Shown: one piece after another, positions 51,074 to 56,312 of the stretch
Layout: each line of letters begins with the position of its first letter
Position numbering within the stretch: position 1 is the first letter of the stretch
Program-made: the position numbers and the translations under genes
Virus record (IMG/VR): IMGVR_UViG_3300031539_000037
Source: a virus
Length of the DNA: 56,312 nucleotides
Direction: 5' to 3' (one strand)
Notes under the pieces: generated by a model
Database searches by the model: none
What the model was told of the DNA's origin: nothing
What the model saw: only the letters and a program-made list of their open reading frames with translations

Positions 51074-53569
51074 TTAATATATAACTGTCGAACTTGCTGC
51101 AGATGCCGGCACAGCCCCTTCTATTGAGGCACTGATTAAGATAGTATATGAGCCTTCTTCTAAATCCTTAATAACATCTGCGGGTATAACTGCCTCAAAC
51201 AATCCGGAGCCCAAAAATTTAGCCTTATAGGATAATTCTTCTTTGGGTGTTATCAGCATAATCGTAACTTCTCCGTTCTCGGCTATCCTGGTTGTTCCTT
51301 CAGGATATAATACTTCAGATACTTCAACCTTTATCATCAAATCTTCTTGCATTGCGCGAAAATGTATTACAGGTACATCAACACTGTCTATGCGTACCGT
51401 AGTAGTAGCAAAAACTTTAGGCCAGTAGTCAGGAGTAAAGGGATATTCCGGGTCTCTAAAGGCATTTAATTCGATAAAATTGGTAGCCGGATCGTATTTT
51501 TCCATATAGAATGGCCCATTGCCTATAAAGGCATGACCCTTTTCATCGATCCACTTGATAACTGCCTTATATCCGGCTTTTGCTTCTTCTGCTGTAATAT
51601 AATCCTTTAAAGATATGGGTACATGGTTTTTGCTTATCATCTCTATTAGTTTTGCCCTTATATCTTTTACACAGGATGATCTGAGTATATCTACCTGTTC
51701 TACTCCTTCTGAAGGAGTAAAACTATACACTACGCCTGATTCGCTTCCTGCTGTTACTAATTCTGCTAATGCCTCAAAGATTTCCCAGGGTAATATTACC
51801 CCTCCAACACTCGTTGACGGTGCTCCATTACTGGCAACCCTTTCTTCGGATGGCGGGAAATGATAATCAAAATAAGTGGTAATCGTACCATCGGGATTCA
51901 ATAGCCATCCATGCTTGGTTTCCTGGTCGGGCCGGTGAGCATTCTCGTAAGCTGCATCATAATATTTATCATCTTCGCCATCTTGATTGATCCATTCCTC
52001 TATGAATGCTTCGGCATAGAGAAAATTGGTAATATCTACTGGCTGACCGTTATGAAAATTACCCAGTAGAAAACTATAATTACATTTACTTATCGAATTT
52101 ACTCCCGGACCTACTTGATACCATTCTTTTTTGGCAGAATCATATTTAATGGCATTGGCCGGTACGGAAATATCACCAACAATTTCGTCATCTTCTTTAT
52201 GTAATTTAGTTTCTATATCATGGGGAATTGTCCTTAAAGGCATAGAAATTGCACTGGCAGGGCTCTCAAATGCTCCACCATCAGATAGAGGTTGGGCAAT
52301 AACCAGACTATAAACGTCATTAAAGCCTTCTGTTCCGATGGGGTCCCAGGCTGACATAAACAAAGCCCCTTTAGCAGAAAATTCAGTAATTTTTAATATT
52401 TTATCTTTGATGTCTGCCGTTATCATTGACCATCTGTTTAACCCATCCCCTAAACCGTAACACATTCTATTATTAAATCTTTCCTTGTTTACAACATAAT
52501 AATTATTTTGATAGGCAACATATATTCTGCAGGCATCTTCTAATCCTAACCTTAATCCTTCCAGGGTAAGCTCCCAATATTCTTCTTCGGTTAAAAAGTT
52601 TCCGGTATAGGCTTTTTGGGTTATTTCATCAAGTTCTTCATTCTGGTAGTACCATTTACTGTCCGGTCCTCCGGCCATATAGCCAAACCAGGGGGCATAC
52701 ATCTGGGCAACGATGTGTTCCCAAAATGCCCGGGTAGAGCCAGCTCCCCAGCCTTCGGTGTAAATATTCCACTTATAATCTGCCGGGTCGGAATAATAGG
52801 ATGTTTCAATACACTTTACCCTGTCCCAATTGCAGCGTTCAACTTTGATTCCCGCTTTTTCAATCTGGGAAGATATATATTCCCCTTCTCTCATTCTTCC
52901 CTGTGGATCATCAATCCTGATGAGGAAATTGATAGTTACCGGCTCACCATCTAAAGTCCACCATTTATTCCCTTTAATCAATCTTCCCTGTAATTCTGGT
53001 AATATTGCCGCTTCTTCCAGTGCAGTATTAATTTCTTTTAAGGCCTTGCTTTCATCCCCCTCCGGAGTCATTCCCATTCGATTAGCCAACAAGTTATATT
53101 TATAAGTACCTGGTTGACCGGGAGTTGCCATAGTAAACATTGGACCTCCAGCCCCGCCGAGAATTTCATCGACAACATATTTTCTATTAATGAGGTCATT
53201 CATGGCAAACCTTACTTCCCTGATAGCGAAGGGGTTAAAATATTCCTTGCCTTCTACTTCCACCAAGTAAGGAGCTGTATTGGGTATGGTGTTAAAATTA
53301 AGCGACCAAGAACCTGAAGGCACTGCATATATATCCAGTTTATTTCTGGTGGCCTGGTCTAAACCCATAATGACCGGTCCATTGACTCCCCAAAAAAAGA
53401 TGTCGGATAGACCTTCTGCGGTATCCATTATGCCAATTTCCTCTTTCATTCTGGTATTGATGTAAACTTTATCTACAATAGGACCTTTTACTTCTGCTAA
53501 AACTGAAGTAGCCAAACTGACTAAAATTAACAAACTTACTAAACACAAAATAACAATTTTTCTCGACAT
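51074..53569 (-). CDS. Secreted ABC-transporter substrate-binding protein, family 5 (Opp/Dpp-like), with a C-terminal Ig-like extension
   Basis: 831 aa with a signal peptide (...LATSVLAEVKG). The long body is typical of large family-5 SBPs (FNPFAIREVRFAMNDLINR, and so on). No permease or ATPase genes are nearby. Confidence 0.6.
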   Translation of the reverse strand: MSRKIVILCLVSLLILVSLATSVLAEVKGPIVDKVYINTRMKEEIGIMDTAEGLSDIFFWGVNGPVIMGLDQATRNKLDIYAVPSGSWSLNFNTIPNTAPYLVEVEGKEYFNPFAIREVRFAMNDLINRKYVVDEILGGAGGPMFTMATPGQPGTYKYNLLANRMGMTPEGDESKALKEINTALEEAAILPELQGRLIKGNKWWTLDGEPVTINFLIRIDDPQGRMREGEYISSQIEKAGIKVERCNWDRVKCIETSYYSDPADYKWNIYTEGWGAGSTRAFWEHIVAQMYAPWFGYMAGGPDSKWYYQNEELDEITQKAYTGNFLTEEEYWELTLEGLRLGLEDACRIYVAYQNNYYVVNKERFNNRMCYGLGDGLNRWSMITADIKDKILKITEFSAKGALFMSAWDPIGTEGFNDVYSLVIAQPLSDGGAFESPASAISMPLRTIPHDIETKLHKEDDEIVGDISVPANAIKYDSAKKEWYQVGPGVNSISKCNYSFLLGNFHNGQPVDITNFLYAEAFIEEWINQDGEDDKYYDAAYENAHRPDQETKHGWLLNPDGTITTYFDYHFPPSEERVASNGAPSTSVGGVILPWEIFEALAELVTAGSESGVVYSFTPSEGVEQVDILRSSCVKDIRAKLIEMISKNHVPISLKDYITAEEAKAGYKAVIKWIDEKGHAFIGNGPFYMEKYDPATNFIELNAFRDPEYPFTPDYWPKVFATTTVRIDSVDVPVIHFRAMQEDLMIKVEVSEVLYPEGTTRIAENGEVTIMLITPKEELSYKAKFLGSGLFEAVIPADVIKDLEEGSYTILISASIEGAVPASAASSTVIY

Positions 53570-53626
53570 TTTTAATTATTTATCTCCTTTGTATTAAATA
53601 ATCTTTAAAAGCCAAAAAAATTTTAC

Positions 53627-54376
53627 CTATCCTATCACCTCCACTAGATTCATCTGTTTTCTTTGTTTATGTATTTCTTTGTGGCAATCTTTACATAGAG
53701 TTATTCCATTATTTATATCCCAAAGTTTTTTACATTTTAATGCTTCTCCAAAATCAATAATTTCATAATATTGTAATATTTTTAAGACAGACATAATATG
53801 ATGAGCATTAAGATTATCACTATCATCATTTCCACATATTCGACAAGTAAAATTATCTCTTTTAAATATTTCCGAACGCCATGTATGGTTTTCATTACTA
53901 TTCCAAATTCTATGATTGAATTTCTCTCTACCACCTTTCCAATTAGGGTTATTAACCCCTCCACGTTTTCCTTGCATTGATTTGCTTATATTTTGTCTAT
54001 GTTCTTTCGAAAATTTAACTCCTTTTTCAAATCCTAATTGTGGACATTTTTTACCTTTATTCCACACAATATATTTTTTCTTTTTACCTTTATGAATTTT
54101 ACTTAGCTTTTTCCTTGTTTCCCCTGAAACTATCCTCCCTTTTAGAGATTGACTTATTTTCTCTTTTATATTTTCTGGAGTTGGTATTCCTTTATTCCAA
54201 GCGATTTGTCCTTTATGAGATTCACTTAAGGAACGAATAATTATATTAGATTTTTTTAACCATTTTCCTATAATTGTTTGAGATACTTCACATAATCTAG
54301 AAATTTTTTCTTGAGATAATTTCTCGTTTATATATTTATTCTTTAACCAATCTTTATCTTGATATAATTTAATCAT
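53627..54376 (-). CDS. HNH homing endonuclease with NUMOD3-like repeats
   Basis: 249 aa. The N-terminal HTH and repeats KGQIAWNKG are followed by CRICG..DNLNAHHI..NGITLCKDCH. It is a paralogue of 41319-42182. Confidence 0.8.
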   Translation of the reverse strand: MIKLYQDKDWLKNKYINEKLSQEKISRLCEVSQTIIGKWLKKSNIIIRSLSESHKGQIAWNKGIPTPENIKEKISQSLKGRIVSGETRKKLSKIHKGKKKKYIVWNKGKKCPQLGFEKGVKFSKEHRQNISKSMQGKRGGVNNPNWKGGREKFNHRIWNSNENHTWRSEIFKRDNFTCRICGNDDSDNLNAHHIMSVLKILQYYEIIDFGEALKCKKLWDINNGITLCKDCHKEIHKQRKQMNLVEVIG

Positions 54377-54388
54377 TTTTAACCAACC

Positions 54389-54574
54389 TTAAAATAATAA
54401 TTCTAAAATTATCTTTCCCAAAAGATATTTAATACCAGACCTCTTTTTCACACCCCACCTTTCTAATCTTTTATAAATAGATATTGGAGCTAATTTATAT
54501 ATTTTAGCTATTTCTTTAATTGGCATATTCTCATTATATTTTTTAATAATGTCCTCTTTTTCTTTCCAATTCAT
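54389..54574 (-). CDS. Small HTH protein
   Basis: 61 aa with MPIKEIAKIYKLAPISIYKRLERWG. Confidence 0.5.
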   Translation of the reverse strand: MNWKEKEDIIKKYNENMPIKEIAKIYKLAPISIYKRLERWGVKKRSGIKYLLGKIILELLF

Positions 54575-54577
54575 CTC

Positions 54578-54946
54578 TTATCCTACCTTCCTTGCCATAT
54601 TCAACAGACTCATTTGTTCCATCTCACTCTCCGGAAACAGCCTATCGTTTATTTCCCTGATATTCCTTGCCTTGATAATTAACTTTATCCCCTGACTTTC
54701 CAGCCTGTCAGCGCAAGCAATCCCCTCGTGTCGGTTAATCGGCAGGAAATACCCGCCAGGCTTTTTCGGGGTAGACAGGATAAGATAAGTCTTTTCTTTT
54801 ATGCAGTCAGCAATAATCTGCCTGACTTCACGGTTGGTGATATTCTCATTGGTAAATTCAATATATGCGTCAGTCAAGTCGTCTTGGTTGATGGTCGGCT
54901 TGTCATGTGAGGCTATACGGTTATAGACAACTGCTTGCTTATTCAT
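54578..54946 (-). CDS. Hypothetical protein
   Basis: 122 aa. Confidence 0.5.
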   Translation of the reverse strand: MNKQAVVYNRIASHDKPTINQDDLTDAYIEFTNENITNREVRQIIADCIKEKTYLILSTPKKPGGYFLPINRHEGIACADRLESQGIKLIIKARNIREINDRLFPESEMEQMSLLNMARKVG

Positions 54947-55130
54947 TTAGGTTTCCTCCTTTCTTAATTTTGTGTATAGTGCATTTATCATAGTCAACGA
55001 AAAACTTATCATTTTGTTTTTCTGCCCACTCAAAAATTACTTCCATAGGTCGTGTGTAAGCAGAGCAACCAGTAGCCTTTTTATACTCATTACCTAAATC
55101 ATCCCAAGTTAGAGCTTTACTAATTTTCAT
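54939..55130 (-). CDS. Hypothetical protein
   Basis: 63 aa. Confidence 0.45.
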   Translation of the reverse strand: MKISKALTWDDLGNEYKKATGCSAYTRPMEVIFEWAEKQNDKFFVDYDKCTIHKIKKGGNLNE

Positions 55131-55314
55131 CTTTCCTTCACCCCTTTTTTATACTTTTTTTATAGTTCGCAAAACACTATATATATCAACGTCATCAGCA
55201 CCGAGTAGAATAGGTAGACTATAAATGACATGTTAGTAATTCCTCAACATCATATAAGCAGATATAAATATTACAACATCAAGTATAATTAGATATACTG
55301 AAAAACGGTCAAAG

Positions 55315-55539
55315 TTACTTAGGTGCTTCATGGTCGGCCTCCTTGTAATCTTCGAGCGGACACCAGGAGGGAAATTTGCCTGTTAGAACCAATTTTCTAT
55401 TTAGCATTCTAAGGTTACCATTTTTAAGTTTTATCTTTAAGCTCGTACAAACATATCTATTAATTAAGGGATTCCTTCTGCTTTGGTAAGAACCAAAATA
55501 ATAACAATTAGGGCATTTATTTATCTTTATTATCTTCAT
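55315..55539 (-). CDS. Cys-rich small protein ending in the motif WCPLEDYK (paralogue B)
   Basis: 74 aa with CPNC...C...SWCPLEDYKEA. Confidence 0.55.
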   Translation of the reverse strand: MKIIKINKCPNCYYFGSYQSRRNPLINRYVCTSLKIKLKNGNLRMLNRKLVLTGKFPSWCPLEDYKEADHEAPK

Positions 55540-55545
55540 TTTATC

Positions 55546-55737
55546 TCACCCTTTGTAATCTTCGAGTGGACACCACTTAGGGATTTTTTGATAACCAACA
55601 ATCGCATTATGGTTTAGTATTCTTTTTGTCTTAGAACATTTATTTTTATCTGATTTTGTTTTGTAATCAAAAAATTGCTCCCTATGAGGACACCAACCAC
55701 AACAAGTAACAGTTTGTATTTCTAATACTTTTGTCAT
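55546..55737 (-). CDS. Cys-rich small protein ending in the motif WCPLEDYK (paralogue A)
   Basis: 63 aa with CCGWCPH...C...KWCPLEDYKG. Confidence 0.55.
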   Translation of the reverse strand: MTKVLEIQTVTCCGWCPHREQFFDYKTKSDKNKCSKTKRILNHNAIVGYQKIPKWCPLEDYKG

Positions 55738-55943
55738 TTTATCTCCCTCCCCTCTACCATAATCCGGTGCGCTCTCCTATCGCCTCTAATGTCGGCCTGT
55801 TCCTGCTCGGTGAGGACAGGCTCGTCCTCTTCCCAACATATACAGCAATGCTCGTTTTCGGTAAAAAATATATCTCTGCCTGACCAACATATTTCTTCTT
55901 TATGGTCGTAGTGCTTACAGGTCTGACAAGTATAATTTGACAT
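55734..55943 (-). CDS. Cys-rich small protein
   Basis: 69 aa with CQTC...C...CCIC. Confidence 0.5.
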   Translation of the reverse strand: MSNYTCQTCKHYDHKEEICWSGRDIFFTENEHCCICWEEDEPVLTEQEQADIRGDRRAHRIMVEGREIK

Positions 55944-55961
55944 TTCCTTTCCCCCCTTAAT

Positions 55962-56141
55962 TTATTTAACCCACTCAACCTGTATCTTGCCGGGCTTGCC
56001 GGACTTTAAAAGCTCTTTTAGCTTTGGATGCAGTCTATGGTAAGCGACCTGCTCAGCCAGTTTACTCTTGCCTTCACAGATTATCTTTTTGCCCTTGATA
56101 TGATAATTGACCGTTTCTTTAATCCAGACTTCTTTAGACAT
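55962..56141 (-). CDS. Hypothetical 59-aa protein
   Basis: MSKEVWIKETVNYHIKGKK.... The ATG overlaps the end of the upstream ORF. Below the track threshold. Confidence 0.4.
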   Translation of the reverse strand: MSKEVWIKETVNYHIKGKKIICEGKSKLAEQVAYHRLHPKLKELLKSGKPGKIQVEWVK

Positions 56142-56310
56142 AGACTTCTCTTATATCGCTTTCCACTGTTGCCCTGCCCAGACAATGATATATCTCGTTG
56201 TTGAATTTGTTTCTTTCATTTACTGCCACATCAAGCGAATCCCTGTAAACCAAATCTTCTATGATCATCTTGCAAGACTTCTCAATCTCGGCCTCTTTCA
56301 TTAGTTTCAT
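56134..56310 (-). CDS. Hypothetical 58-aa protein spanning the contig junction
   Basis: MKLMKEAEIEKSCKMIIEDLVY.... Its SD (AGGAGG, 9 nt upstream) is seen only at 128-145, across the circular junction. Confidence 0.45.
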   Translation of the reverse strand: MKLMKEAEIEKSCKMIIEDLVYRDSLDVAVNERNKFNNEIYHCLGRATVESDIREVYV

Positions 56311-56312
56311 TT
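56186..56312. repeat. Second copy of the 127-bp terminal overlap
   Basis: Identical to bases 1-127. Confidence 0.9.

Noticed and set aside
1-56312. An alternative genetic code (stop-codon reassignment) as the explanation for the ORFs without canonical starts
   Set aside because: Long conserved genes (831, 801, 580 and 565 aa) are uninterrupted under the standard code. TAA, TAG and TGA all terminate genes at sensible, often coupled, positions. The tRNAs found read His and Trp codons, not stop codons.
56186-56312. The 127-bp end repeat as a genuine phage direct terminal repeat
   Set aside because: Its length matches a common assembler k-mer overlap, and it cuts through an ORF/SD unit rather than a noncoding terminus. 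It is more parsimonious to treat it as an artefact of contig circularisation. Read-terminus analysis is needed to be sure.

Overview
The window is a complete, circularly closed genome of a tailed (siphovirus-like, HK97-fold) dsDNA phage. Bases 1-127 are identical to 56186-56312, which gives a unit length of about 56,185 bp. All but one gene are on the minus strand, and Shine-Dalgarno sites (GGAGG) and sigma70-type promoters point to a bacterial host. In transcription order (descending coordinates) the modules are as follows. (1) 56.3-44.3 kb holds small early proteins, an 831-aa secreted family-5 solute-binding protein, an MT-A70 methyltransferase, a lambda O-like replication initiator with iterons inside the gene, and RusA. 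(2) 44.2-15.3 kb holds packaging, head, neck and tail genes. These are TerS, TerL, a portal fused to a Mu F domain, a prohead protease fused to a scaffold-like tail, the HK97 major capsid protein, connector proteins, the tail tube, a chaperone with a -1 frameshift, the tape measure and fibres. (3) 15.2-9.4 kb is a lysis region that also carries exported peptidases and a thioredoxin. (4) 9.0-8.7 kb is a tRNA array, followed by a 521-bp noncoding block rich in hairpins. (5) 7.9-0.1 kb holds nucleotide-metabolism genes, a regulator and recombination genes. At least eight HNH or Vsr/DUF559-type endonuclease genes are scattered through the genome. I found no integrase, DNA polymerase, CRISPR array or reverse transcriptase. 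The items most worth follow-up are the structured 521-bp noncoding region next to the tRNAs, an 81-nt tRNA-like RNA that does not fold canonically, and three domain-bearing ORFs (portal, RusA, Com-like) with no ATG/GTG/TTG start but a shared SD-TGATAWT-ATA context. Also worth follow-up are the exported protease/thioredoxin cluster in the lysis module, signal-peptide proteins encoded inside the head-neck module, and the phage-borne solute-binding protein. All family assignments come from reading motifs by eye. No database search was run.
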